Source: Vermamoeba vermiformis
Taxonomy: Eukaryota
Length of the DNA stretch: 64,000 bases
Direction of reading: 5' to 3'
NCBI GenBank assembly: GCA_045837725.1
Contig: JBEWZL010000106.1
Coordinates: 1 to 64,000, forward strand
Below, piece after piece: positions 13,640 through 25,729 of the stretch. The notes beneath the pieces were generated by a model. The model worked only from the letters and a program-made list of their open reading frames with translations. It had not been told where the DNA came from and did not search any database. The number at the start of each line of letters is the position of its first letter. The stretch's first letter is position 1. The position numbers and the translations under genes were made by a program.

Positions 13640-14967
13640 CTGCTTCAGGCCGCATTAATTTTGCTATTTAAATATAGTGCACGAGATAATTATATTCATA
13701 CCGTACTGCGGTGTCGCTTAAGAGGCTTTGTGTATGGAACTTCGTCGGATTTCAGTTCTACCGGCAGATTTGCTATTTTATGCGCCAGTTCCGTGGTATC
13801 TTCTTGGTCTGCCATAATAACATTGCGCGGTGAATACGAGCCATCGTTAGTTGCGCTCATTGTGCTTGTGATTAATCTAGATCTTGAAATAACCCTACGA
13901 TGAATTAAATTAATGTTAAAATTGCTTCCATTAATAAAACAAGTAATAAAAATATTAATATGGTGGGTATTATATTCTACGGCTTATTAAATTGTTGCCG
14001 TACAGAAATTAAAATTGCCTGGATGTTGCCCAAACGATTTATTTCGGAGATGAATAATAATTCATAGGCCCGTTAGGTAATTAATAATATTACTGTACTA
14101 TGATATTTTTGGAATTAAATTGAATTGCAAAATTGCGATAAATAAAGTGCAATCCGTCTGCTTCACGAAGTGGTCCTTACTTTAAAGCCTGTAGTCTCCA
14201 ATAATATAATAAATTGTTCACGAATAAATACCTTTGTGTCGTGCTTATGGCCCTGCAACGACTTGTAAGCTAAACAATTTTGAATTAAATTTCCTTTCCG
14301 TTACTTGGTCAAACTCGGTCAAAATAATGCCGGCAAGGTTTATTTCCATAATAATAGATGAAGACCACCGCAATTAATAATAATGCTTCTCTTACCTATT
14401 ATAGATGCAGAATAGCTATTTTGTTGGAACTCTGACCGAGTGGTCAAGAACAAAACTCATCGAGCTTGTTTTTACGCACCCCTTCCTTGAGCAGGTACTA
14501 TTATCTCAAATTAATTAATTGGTTTATCGAGTTTACCTGACCTTACCTTCTCTTTGCGAGCTACATGTTGCGACGGCTAGATTTGTTCAACAAAATATTT
14601 TACTTTTCTACTGGCCTTATAATTTCTGTCTCCCACAATATTAATTATTTTACATTCGATTTATTATTATTTATTCTTTTTATCAGCTTCCTCAAATTGT
14701 TTTTTGACTTTTTACGGATGCAATCGTTTTTTGCCGTATTATCGCTTGGGTTTTATTCACACGAACTATACAACAACCTTTACCAATATATTAATTGAAT
14801 ATTTAACATCGCGCAAATTAGCCAAAATAGCTATTTAGCTCCATTTTACTCTAAATTCAATGAAAATGGTCCCAATTCACACGGCAAGATATTTTAAGGA
14901 ACGAGCCCGTTAAAAAAAACCTGTTAAATCATTCGTAGTAACAATACATCAACAACAAAACAGCATA

Positions 14968-16403
14968 ATGGGCAACCAATTACCTTCAACTGCTTCGCGA
15001 GCGGATGTCGTTAAATTCTACGACTCGTTGCAAAACTGGATTCCAGAAGCTAATCGCATCGATCGCGTGGAGAAGATTACTGGAGAAGAATTTATGGAAA
15101 AATATTATAAGCCTCAAAAGCCAGTCATTTTAACGAACATGATGGAAGATTGGCCTGCTTTTCAAGTAAGAGTCCTCAGATTTCAAACAATAATTTCATC
15201 CATTGGCTCTAAAATTTGCACATATCGTTACTATAGTAATGACTTAATATTCAGAATTCGCATTTTATAAATTGATAACTTTTTATTTGAATTGAATCCG
15301 AAATTTACCTATTTTCAGGATCTGATTTGAATTTAATCGTCTCATAATAATTGTATTATAGAAATGGACTACAGAGTACATCAAGTCACAAATTGGTGCA
15401 GCCGATCACACGTTTTGGTACGAAGGCAAATCAATGAAAATGAAGATCAACGATTACTTCGAATTGGCTGAGAAATACATCGCTGAGTATCGTAAAGATA
15501 ATAATATAGACCCTCAAGCTATTGGATTTCCACAATTACCTTCTCAATGGGAGAAGATCCCGTACGTTAGGTAAGCCTTTAAAAAGATCTCCTTAAAAAC
15601 GTCTCTATGCAATTGCTTATTAATTTTACACCAATAGTCTAGTTATATTAATGACATATTATTATAGACACTTTGGTCCGTTAAAGAACAAAGCGAAGCA
15701 ACTTGAAGCGGATTTGAAAGCTGATTGCATGTTCCCGAACGGGCATGACGTTAAAATGACTAACTTCTTATTCGTTGGATTACCTGGAACTAAAGTAAGT
15801 CCTATTATACAATAACAGTAACGGCACTAAGGTTGCTAATTCTTTGTTCGATCAGACCGAAATTCACTACGATGGAACCCACAACTTTGTGTCTATAGTT
15901 AAGGGCCAGAAACATATCGCTTTATTGCCTCCAGGTGACCACTCGACGATGTTCCAAGGTAAAATACAATTATTTTTTATTATTTTCAGATGCACAAGAT
16001 CAGATTCTCAGAGCGCCGAACTCGTTTTGAGAAATTTATCAAAAAGTGCTCCTAGCTATTTTGACTACCATATTAACTTCATTTTATAGGCGCTACTCCT
16101 GAGCAAATGAACGTATGGCACACCAAGACTGTTTTTCCGATGGCGGATCCACCCGAGTTGTGCTTAAACTTGGCAAAATTAGCGTCGGATCTGAAACTCA
16201 ACGAAGTGACGCCTGAAACGAAGGTGCCGGATACAGTGAAACTTATGCATCAGCACCCTATTCTAGAGCGTACTATAGGACTACAATATTCGCCAGTGCA
16301 CGAGGGCGAGATCGTGTTTTTCCCTGCTTACTGGTTCCATTACATTCATAATACTGACTTCTCGTATAGTATTACTACTCAAACATTTACGACTGATTTT
16401 TAA
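14968..16403 (+). CDS. JmjC-domain (cupin-like) 2-oxoglutarate/Fe(II) oxygenase, multi-exon
   Basis: EEFMEKYYKPQKPVILTNMMEDWPA...KWT N-terminal motif. Facial triad HYD...WFHYI and GEIVFFPAYWFH. Confidence 0.9.
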
Positions 16404-16543
16404 ATAATGAATTTGAACCAATTGTAAATATAAAAAATTCTTTAGCGTCAAATCCGCTCTATCCGGATCTTAGCCTTAGTCTGCCTTGAGCCTGAGTGAG
16501 GTGCTCTAATGCTAGCGTGAACGGATGACACTCGTATTCATCT

Positions 16544-16647
16544 TCAGACTCAAGTTCTGAAGGCCCGGTTTCGATTACCGGCGAGGGCAAAAAACGGATC
16601 TAAACGAATGATTTTGATCCGGCTCTTGTGGTGTAGTGGTAGCACAT
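16544..16647 (+). tRNA. Putative circularly permuted tRNA gene, anticodon CAA (3' part 16544-16589, 5' part 16622 to about 16647)
   Basis: 3' part reads TCAGA CTCAAGT TCTGA AGGC CCGGT TTCGATT ACCGG CGAGGGC A. Downstream 5' part reads GCTCTTG TG GTGT AGTGGTA GCAC A. GCTCTTG pairs 7/7 with CGAGGGC (two G-U pairs). T8 run at 16733-16740. Confidence 0.75.
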
Positions 16648-16732
16648 CTGGTGAATCCGAAATATTATGGGAGCCTTCTTGCCTAGATTGGCGCTCATAA
16701 TACCCATCCGTTTGTGGCTCAATCACCTTGCA

Positions 16733-16740
16733 TTTTTTTT
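16733..16740 (+). terminator. Oligo-T RNA polymerase III terminator candidate
   Basis: TTTTTTTT one nucleotide after the terminal helix of the permuted tRNA trailer. Confidence 0.55.
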
Positions 16741-16822
16741 ACGTACCTCGATCCGCAAAATAGCTTGAATTTCTGTTTTTTATTTGTTTTGTGTATTAAT
16801 TATGACTGATTGTATTAATTAT

Positions 16823-19800
16823 TTACATAGCAGATTCAGAGGCAGAAGTAGAGCTCGTAAAATCTGTATTTGATTCGTCGTCTTCGTCGGTGCTAGAATC
16901 GTTCTTGAATAACTTGCCCAAGACTGCCTTCATAACATCACGAGGCTTAGGACGGTCGCTATTAAATTTAGCAATTAGTTTCAAATTCATTGAAAAAATA
17001 ATCATTGAAATACTTACAACGCGCCGTAACCGTTGCTCGCCTTAGGAGAAGATTTCCAGAAGTATATACATTTGCCAGCACTAGTAAAGCCCAAAATACC
17101 AGGCTGGGCCATACCGTTGACATAACCATTACGTCTGAAAATATTTTTTGTTAGATCCAGATCCGTTGTCAGATGCGATGTTTCGAGGTACTTACTGAGT
17201 AATGTTGAGCATGTACTCGTCAGCAATAGTGTTCTCCGGCTCGCCAAAGACGGGGAAACTTAATCCCCAGCTCTTAGTTTGCTTAGTAATGATGCGTTGG
17301 TCTTCTGAAGTTAACGCAACCAGCATGCCTCCGCGTTCAATAATCTTCGAGAAATATTTGTTCCAACTCTTCATGTAACGCTAGAAAAACATCATTAGCA
17401 TCACATTATTATATACTATATTATGTTATACTTACTGAACAGAAACCGCACCAAGATCCACGGAACACGACCACCAAAAAGAACTTGTGGTTTGGAATTT
17501 CAGCGCGCAACCAATCAACGAGTCGCTCATAATTGGCGGGATTCTTCGTTAAAAACGCTGCATTTTGGACTAATATAGAACTCGAGCTCGTGCTCGGTCT
17601 GACACCGACTTCTGAGTCAGATCTGTCACGTGCCGATGCCTGCGCACTTTCAGACTCGTGTTCGCTCATTGACGCCATGGAGTTGCCTCGTGCAACTGCA
17701 CTTTGGATCTCGTCCACGGGAACAAACTCCGCGGCATCTTCTGCGTCACCAACGCACACTCGGCACATTTCACGGGTCTCAGGCTGTTCGGCCTTTTGTG
17801 CGAACCTAAGGCATAGTGATTAGACGCCTGCGCAAATTGAGAAAAATGGCAATTTTTTTCACGTACTTCTTGAGAATGGGAATGAACGGAGCGTTCTTGT
17901 CCTTAATGTGCTCAATGATCTGAGCGGATTTAAAGATGATAAATCCACCAATCAAGAAGAAGTCCTTGTCGATCATCACGTGATCAGGGTTTAAAGCTCT
18001 AGCTACTTCTCTTTTCTGCGCAGACTTGGTGAAATGTTGCACGTGTCCGTGGAGAGGTTGCACGTGAATGAATTGATTGGCATTTGCTTTCTAAATGTCA
18101 AAAAGATAAGAATCAGTTGACACGTGTCATATTATTTTGCCACTTACGGTGACGCCTTCGTAGAAGTGGAGGATTCTGGCTTGAGATTCCGTGACAAATG
18201 CTTTCAGTGAATCTTCTTCTACTTGTTTGCCTTGGGCAATAGCGTCAAACATTGCGGCCAATCTGTTCAAGTTGTAACGGGCAGCATCGGAAATTTGCTC
18301 TAAAGTCACGCATTAGCACACATTTTTTTAAATCGTTGTCAACCATACCATTGGTCAAGTTGTAGACGTCAGGAGCAGCGATAATTCGGCACAAGAACTT
18401 ATCGTGCATAATGACGGCCATACCCTTTCTATAATAACAAGAGATTAGTGTCATGTAGGCTTTACTATATTTGGAAAAAGTACCTGTAACGTCGCTCCTC
18501 GGACAACTGTGGGAAGTATTTTTTCATGTTATTGTCGACTCTTTGAAGCACAGAGAGCAACATTGGAGGAACAGCAGCCTTGTGCTTCATTAGAGTGGAG
18601 GTCAGAGTCGTCGCGAACTTGATCAACTTCTTGGAATTCTTCGCATTTAGTTTCTCTTCTTGCGTTCGCTTCTTCCTATTGCTGATCATCGTAGAGATCT
18701 GCAAAGATGATGATCGTTAGTACGATGACGTTTGACACGTGTCAAAGTGTCATTCGTGAACTCACCTCCAATGGCTTCGGGTACTTCAAGATATCGACAA
18801 AAACGTCCGACAACAATTTTTGCATGTATTCACCGCAAACCAACACGATGAACCGCAAAATGATCTGAGTAGTGATTCTGTTATCGTTGAACAACAAATC
18901 ATAGCTTTGAACATCTTCACCGGGCGTCAAAACCGAGTAAAGTTTGTCGAACTGTTGCTTTGTCGACTCTGGTGTATTATTAGTAATGATCGGTATATGA
19001 AGATATTTATAGGAGACTTACCCAACGACTCGAACTCTGCATCTACAGCCCAGTTTAATAAATCGAGTAATTTGCCTTCGCTGTGGGCCACTCGCAAGAA
19101 CGCATCCACAACGGTTGTGTCGACACGAGATCCCATTCCGGAGTTCAAGAACAACGCATTGACGAATCCAGGCTCGGACATCAATTTAATTAAGACTTCA
19201 CGACCAATAATTGACTCGGTCATTTGCTTGTACTTCGTACTCTAAGAAAAAAAATAATCAAATTTAGTTTTTTCGTTCACTGAAAAAAATAACATTTGCG
19301 ACGAACCTTTTTAACGCGTTTAGCTCTTCTTTCGTAGTACTTGACATTAGGCTTCCAATTATATACATCAATTTGGTCATGAGCTCGTTCTTTTTCGACG
19401 TTAACATGAGCGATGAAAATTTGACCGTCCTCGCTTAATAAGAACTTGTGTTTTTTGCCTCTAAAACTCTTCTTTTTCAACGGAGTAAATCTCTCGTCCA
19501 ATGTAACATCCCAAATGTTCATTTCTATAAAAGGAAATTTTAATCAGTACACGATCTCGAGCGGCGCCGGTTGCCGAGAAAACAATTCTGAAATATTGCG
19601 GATAATGCTTAAATAAATACTTACTATCTTGAACTAATACGAATAAATATTCTCCGACCATTCCGAGCCAGTTGACACGTGTTTCAATCAGATCTTGGAT
19701 GCTCTTTCTGTGGGAACCAACAGAGGAAATATTATGGAACGGTTGGCTCTTAGTCTTCTTAGTCATATCATATACATCGACTAGACCTCTAATACTGCCA

Positions 19801-20929
19801 GTAAAGCATTTGTTATCGTGCAAATAAATTGACGAGATCGCGTATTCGGTTGGAACTTCAAATTCGAGGTCTATTTGAATAAAATATTAATATAATATGC
19901 GTCAAATTATCGACGATATACTTTAACACAAAATTAATTAACGGTTTCGAAAGTTGTTCGATTTTCCTAAAAAGGAAGATCGCGCCGCCGAACACCTACC
20001 AGGATTAGTGATATGCCAGAAGAACAATTTCTCGGAGTTTGATGCTGCAATATATTCGCCATCTGTTTCGACAATAACGAGTTTGAATTGATTGGGCACA
20101 TGTCGCTTAGCAATTAATTTGCCGGATTTGGTGTCAAAGACGAAAACTGAAAGGCCGTCTGTTAATATCAATCTATGTCGCTTTAATGACGATAGATTAT
20201 GGTCGAATAAGTCCAAGTTTGCTGCTTCTTCGAGTTTGATCGGCTTGGATTTGGCAGCAACAAAACCTAAAAACACGTAGACGCGTCAAAACCGTGACAT
20301 TTCTGCAACATTAGTTCAATATTAAGTAACTTACACTTTGTTATATCTTCGACGGAGCTAGCGCTAATTCCAGCAACTATTTAGATGAAGATCCAACGGT
20401 TAGTAAGGTAAATCCGGTGTGTTAAATTGTAAAATATTCAATTTTATGCAATCGAGTTGTCAAATTATTTTAATTAATTATAATATAATAGGGTATTGAA
20501 GTGTGACTTACCTTGCCACTTGATATTTAACAAAAGCCCGCCTTTTAAAACGACGCACAAGTACTTTTCGGTTGCAATAATGACTGATATTTTCATTTGC
20601 TTATCTTGAGCTAAACTAGAGAATTTTTGTTGCGATTCGACGTTGTAAATCTGCAGCTCGTCAAATCCATCCTTCGTTTCGTGCACGGATGTGATGAAAG
20701 GATAGGAGAACTCGAACGATTTCGTGTGGTTATCATTCTTGACTACGGAGGTATGCTTACTATAGATATTGGTGAATGAATAGTTTCCGGTGTTGTTGTA
20801 AGCGGTGAGCACGTAAATCTTCTCATCTGCAGCTTTCTTAGAGCCAAATAGACCAAAAGCTTGTCGAGAATGGAACTTTTCTTTTAAGTAAGCAGGGCTT
20901 ACGTCGGTGGCTTGAATACTAACCGACAT
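16823..20929 (-). CDS. Multidomain RasGAP protein with C-terminal peroxiredoxin-like (AhpC/TSA-type) CxxC domain, multi-exon
   Basis: RasGAP-like segments (LLFNDNRITTQI, VPPMLLSVLQ, KFLCRIIAAPDVYNL, LEQISD). In-frame splice PILKK|FAQKAEQ leads to VVVFRGSWCGFCS|RYMK...FPVFGEPENTIA...AQPG. Confidence 0.75.
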
Positions 20930-21591
20930 CTGGTTATGCTTGAGAAGAATGTTCGAGATTTGCTTCAAGTAGAGGATTTTTAGCTTCTAGATATGGAAGC
21001 TTCTATGGTATTCTATACAACGGTTCAGAAAAATAAACAAAAAATGAGTTCTCAGAGACTTTTTGTTCCAAACCTCCGCTCCGTGGGTGGAAAATCGAAA
21101 TACAGAAAATAACACGACACCGTTTCTCCGTGCACACGTCGCATACTTTATTACGCGTACTTAATTTTATTCTAAGAGTATCGGTGGCGGGTTAGGATCA
21201 GCAGCAAGAGAATTAAATTCTCACCACCTGATTCGTTCGAAATCTAAAAAGCTCCTCAGATCGTGAGTACAATTCGATTGTCGCTGGCTCAACTAAACAA
21301 TGTAGAAAGTCATTTCAATATAAGTGCGATATTAGCCGGTTCGCAAACTATTTCCGTTAAAACATCCGGCTCAGGTTCCGTTTCTTGTTCCGGAACACTC
21401 GTGAACTCACTTATCCCGAGTTTTATCACTTAGAAGTGTCTTGATAGCGCATAATCTGTGGTAAGTGTTTGCAAGAGTTCTATAAATTACTTCTTTTGTT
21501 TATCCTTCGAGATCGCTGACGAATAATTAATTGCCATTCGGCGCCAGTATGGCCCAATTATAGCTAATCGTCTAAATACATCAAAAGGGCT

Positions 21592-21705
21592 ATTAATATG
21601 TAGATTTCGGAGCGCGAAGGATTAATCAAAAACTCATCCAACTCCTTCCGCCGGGTGGCACATTAATTAATTTAACTTTCGCTCCGAAGAAATCTACAGT
21701 TTAAT
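21592..21705. repeat. Imperfect inverted repeat (arms of about 35-40 bp), intergenic
   Basis: ATTAATATGTAGATTTCGGAGCGCGAAG versus the reverse complement of CTTTCGCTCCGAAGAAATCTACAGTTTAAT. Confidence 0.55.
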
Positions 21706-21816
21706 TATGCACAAAATTGAGGGTTAATAAATAAATCACTAATCTAACACTTGAAGAGACCGAGCAAAAATGTTTCGAAAACTAACCACATCCAGCTCGA
21801 TCCATTACTTCATCTT

Positions 21817-24800
21817 CTACTTCATAGTAATGCGTTGACGCTTAACACTCGATGAAGGCACGAGATCAATATCGTCATCCAGCTTTCGCTTTGATCCAAC
21901 AGCTGCACTACTTGTCGTAGATGTCGATCCAGATCCGCCGTTGCGAACTTGCAGTGCTCGTTCAGCGAGCGTCAAGCGCTTGTTGGTGGTTGGTGCAACT
22001 GGCTTAGATTTCACTTGAACACGTGGAGTATTGGCGACTTCGTTGTGTTTCAGCGTTTGCAGTGGCTTGCGAACTGAATTCGCGACTTTAGAAACAGACT
22101 GCAGCGATGGCTTTGTGACTGTTGGTGGCGGCATCAACATTGCAGGTGTCATCTTCGGAGACTCCTCCGAAGTGTCATTAAGTGTCAACATGGTTTGGTT
22201 CAGATCTTCATAGGCTGAATCATCTGTAGGCGCGCAACTCGATGAAGATAATGGTGCGCTAATAGTATTCGTGCTGGTCTTCAATGAGTTGCCCGAATTT
22301 GACAGCAGTGAGTTCACATCCAGTTGGCCAGATCTGTACTTAAACAACTCCAAGCCCATATTATACATCGCTGTTACTATCAACTTATGCTCTCGTTGAA
22401 GAATCTCGTGCTCTTCTTTAGCTTGCATAGCTTCTTGTTGCAATTTGGAAAACTCGTCGTTATTTACAGCGTTCTCGAGTTCTTCCTCCAACTTTGCTAT
22501 TTTTTCTTTCAAATTGTTAATTTCAATTTCAAGGCATCCAATTTTGTTCTATAATACAACGCCATTAATACAGATCCTATTATAACACCTATTGTTCACG
22601 TACCGTCTTTTCTTGCAACTGTTGGTTCAATTCTTCTTGTTCCTCTTTCAATTTTTCCGCTTCTCTTTGTGCCTGTCGCTTTTGAACTTCATTTTCAGCA
22701 GCCTCGCCTATTAAATAATTAGTATGATACTCACTGAATAGTGTCCTTTATGTACGTACTTGTGGAAGTCTTCAACTTCAATGCAAAGTCCTGTAACTTC
22801 GTCTTGAATTGTTCTTGCACGGACTGCAATGAATTCTCCGTCTTTTTCAACTTCTCTTCGACTTTGCTGTACTTGATCTTTGCTTCGGTCAACTCGCTTT
22901 GCAACTCATAGATCTACGTATACAAGCGTTAACATCAAGCTGCCTTAATGAACAATCGTTAATATATGATCGTACCTTGGCTTGGCTCTCGTGCAAGTTA
23001 GCGTTCAACTGCTTCGTTGAATCTTCAAAATCTTTCACGCGCTTGTTGAGCAAGTTGTTTTCCTATTAAACAGTTATTATTAACACGATCCTTTATATTA
23101 TATCACTATTGCGTACTTGTTGATACTTCTGGTTCAACAACATCGTCGTGTCAAGTTTGTCCTCGAGAGCGTTGACTTGAGCGGTCTGATCCACAGTCAT
23201 GCCACGAGTGGACGGTGATTTGAACATGTCATGCTTCACTACTCGTTCCTTACTACAATAACATTGGTTAGAATTAACTGCTTTAGCAGAACGATGTAAG
23301 TTTGACATGTCAAAAGTGACACGTGTAAAATGGTAAATTGTCGTGTCAAAAATTACGTACGTCGTGGGTGTCATAAGAGCACGACTCAATATCTCAGGAG
23401 AAGGTGTCGGTGCAACAGTTGTGATGATACTAACGGTGCTCTTTTGTGGCGTGGTCGCGAGCTGTGCCTTCGCCGAGAGCAATGCGATCTGTTCTTGTTG
23501 TTGCGAATTTTCTTCTTTCAAAATTTCCAATTGTTCCTACAAGTAACAATGTTAATATTTGTACCATATAGATAGCTATTGAAAACATTATATAACCTCG
23601 CGTCCAAAAAACAAGATCCGTTACAATACCTTAAGTTGAGTAATCTCCAAGTCCTTTTCGTTTGTAGCCAGTTCCAGTTTGCTCGATTTTTCGGATACTT
23701 CCAAGAATTGTTGCTTATAATTTTCAACTTTTGATTCTAAGCGGGCAATTGTACGCTTTGAATTCTCTTCGATATCAACTTTCTGTTGGATCAGCTTGGT
23801 GTTTTGTTCTTCGAGGGATTTCGATTGATTTTTCATGTCTTGGAATAACTCTAGCTTAATGTTGACTTTTTTCAACTGTTCTTCCAGCAGATCCGCCTTG
23901 CGAGCTTTTTCTTGTAAGATCTCCATCTCATCGCGCATTTCTCTTGATTTAAATACAAACTTCGATAACTCATCCACCTGATAACCATTATGTTAGCTTG
24001 CGCGTCTTCAAAAGGTATTGGTGCGTTAGATCCGCTGCTACTGACCTCTCGTTTCAATTTCAAAATATTTCGTTCTTTCTCCAATAATTTTGCTCGAAGC
24101 TCTTCATTTTCTTCAGATATCCTAACAAAATAATATTAATGATCAAATAGCCCAAAAAGCTAACAATTGGTTCGTACAAGATCCGTTACAAAAAAAACGA
24201 AATCAATTAAAAATCGGCAATAGGCATTACAGGCAGAGTTCTTTGCCACTGTAGTATTTAATGACTAAAAGCAAAAAAGAAAAGAGCACAACACCGCCGA
24301 TTCCCAGGTAGTCTCCTACCCCAGTACTAAGAAGGCCTGAACAAGCTTAACTTCGCTGATCGGACGGGAAGCGGTGCATTCTTGTTAGTGTGGTCGTGCC
24401 CGAGACGCTTCGCAACATCGTGTTCGGGTCACTACTTGCGTAACAAAAAAAAACAACCCACATCCATATCTCGAAGCGAATAATTTGGAAATCGGTTCAA
24501 TAAGCCAAAATATCTGCTAATTTCAATCAATAGGGATAAATCGACTCACCTAGAGTTATTAAGGTTGATTGGGCTTTGAACAATCTCTTTTTGTTTGAGC
24601 ATCTGTTCGAGAGTCGCGATCCGTTCTAATAATGCTGATTCACGAGCACTAGCATCTTCAATCTTTTGTTCCATCTGTTGAAAGGCTTCTAAAGCAAGGT
24701 CTTTCTGGACTTCCAAGCGCGAAGTGTAATCAGCGAATGAATCTACAATATCGCTCTTCAACTCGCTATTCTCTCGCCTTAATTCTTCAATTCTATCGTC

Positions 24801-25729
24801 TAATGCGGCACTATTGCTTCTGTAGTATATATTAATCACTATGCAATGGTATTTACTGCTAATTTCTTACTCGTCTGGAATTTCAACGGATTCATTTTCC
24901 TCTACACGAGCGGATCTTGCTGACTTTTTCGGAGATTTATCTGCTACTACGCCAATCTTCTCGATCATCTGCATAATACAATATTAGAACTATCAATAAA
25001 GCAGATCTACGATTGGAGTTAATTTGGACGTACCTTTTTGATTGTAAACATCAGATCTGTTTGCTCTCGTGTGGTTAGTTGCATAAGATTCATAATATGG
25101 TCCTCTTTTTTGCTACAGTGCACTGTTGCATGCAGAACTATTTCGAGAAGTTGCAGCATCTGATCTTCAAAAGCCTCGATCGGCTCATGACGAGCCAATA
25201 ACTCCAAATCAAGCTATAAAACGTATATTGGTATGCTGTTGAATAATACTACGATATTTTGGTGGACTTACGTGCTCAAGAAACGGATCTATTTCCGTGT
25301 CCAATTCGTTGCGATAAAATTCTTTCAATCGCTGAATTATGATTTGCAAATTACTCTTCCGTAATATCCAATTAGATGTTAGCTCATCTAAATTATCTTC
25401 TATTCCTTCGATAGGGAACTCCAAACTAAAAGAGATTTTTGATCAAAAAAACTGATCTGATTAAATCATTCCGTAACAATTCCATTACTTCTAATATCAA
25501 ATATAGCCATAAGTATAGAAAAAATATATGATACTTACCCAGTTGTAATTATTTTATGCAAAGCAAGTCCGTTCGAAAGGTTCGATAATTTAGATTCGGG
25601 TTTGACATCGAAAGTATTGATCTATAATAATTATAATTAATATATTAATTATAACTGATTTATACTCGCAAAGAATCTGTTAACGCATCCAGATCAAAAA
25701 CCTACCCAAGCAAGAAAACTAAGATCCAT
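21817..25729 (-). CDS. HOOK-family microtubule-binding coiled-coil protein, multi-exon
   Basis: N-terminal HOOK domain (FLAWINTF, LSNGLAL, NWILRKSNL, LLEIVLHATVHCSKKEDHI), long coiled coils, and C-terminal EHKLIVTAMYNMG resembling the Hook signature. Confidence 0.85.
24283..24401 (-). rRNA. 5S rRNA gene (119 nt) within a HOOK-gene intron
   Basis: Minus strand reads GGGCACGACCACAC...CCCGTCCGATCAGCGAAGTTAAGC...TTAGTACTGGGGTAGGAGACTACCTGGGAA...GTTGTGCTCT. Termini pair, and a T-rich terminator follows. Confidence 0.95.

Noticed and set aside
16456-16589. Conventional tRNA with its 5' half upstream of 16544
   Set aside because: Upstream candidates (GCTCTAT, GCCTTGA, GCTCTAA) do not pair fully with CGAGGGC and lack a D arm, whereas the downstream GCTCTTG does.
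16470-16740. Two-piece tmRNA, group I/II intron, hammerhead, twister, HDV-like or U6 identity for the scaffold
   Set aside because: No G3-U70 alanine acceptor, no group I P/Q/R/S elements or terminal G, and no convincing domain V. CGGATGA/GAAA lack the required hammerhead stems. The GGATGACAC match to U6 lacks ACAGAGA. The twister and HDV resemblances are partial only.
17430-17470. Selenocysteine in the peroxiredoxin-like CxxC motif
   Set aside because: Both codons are Cys (TGC, TGT), with no in-frame TGA.
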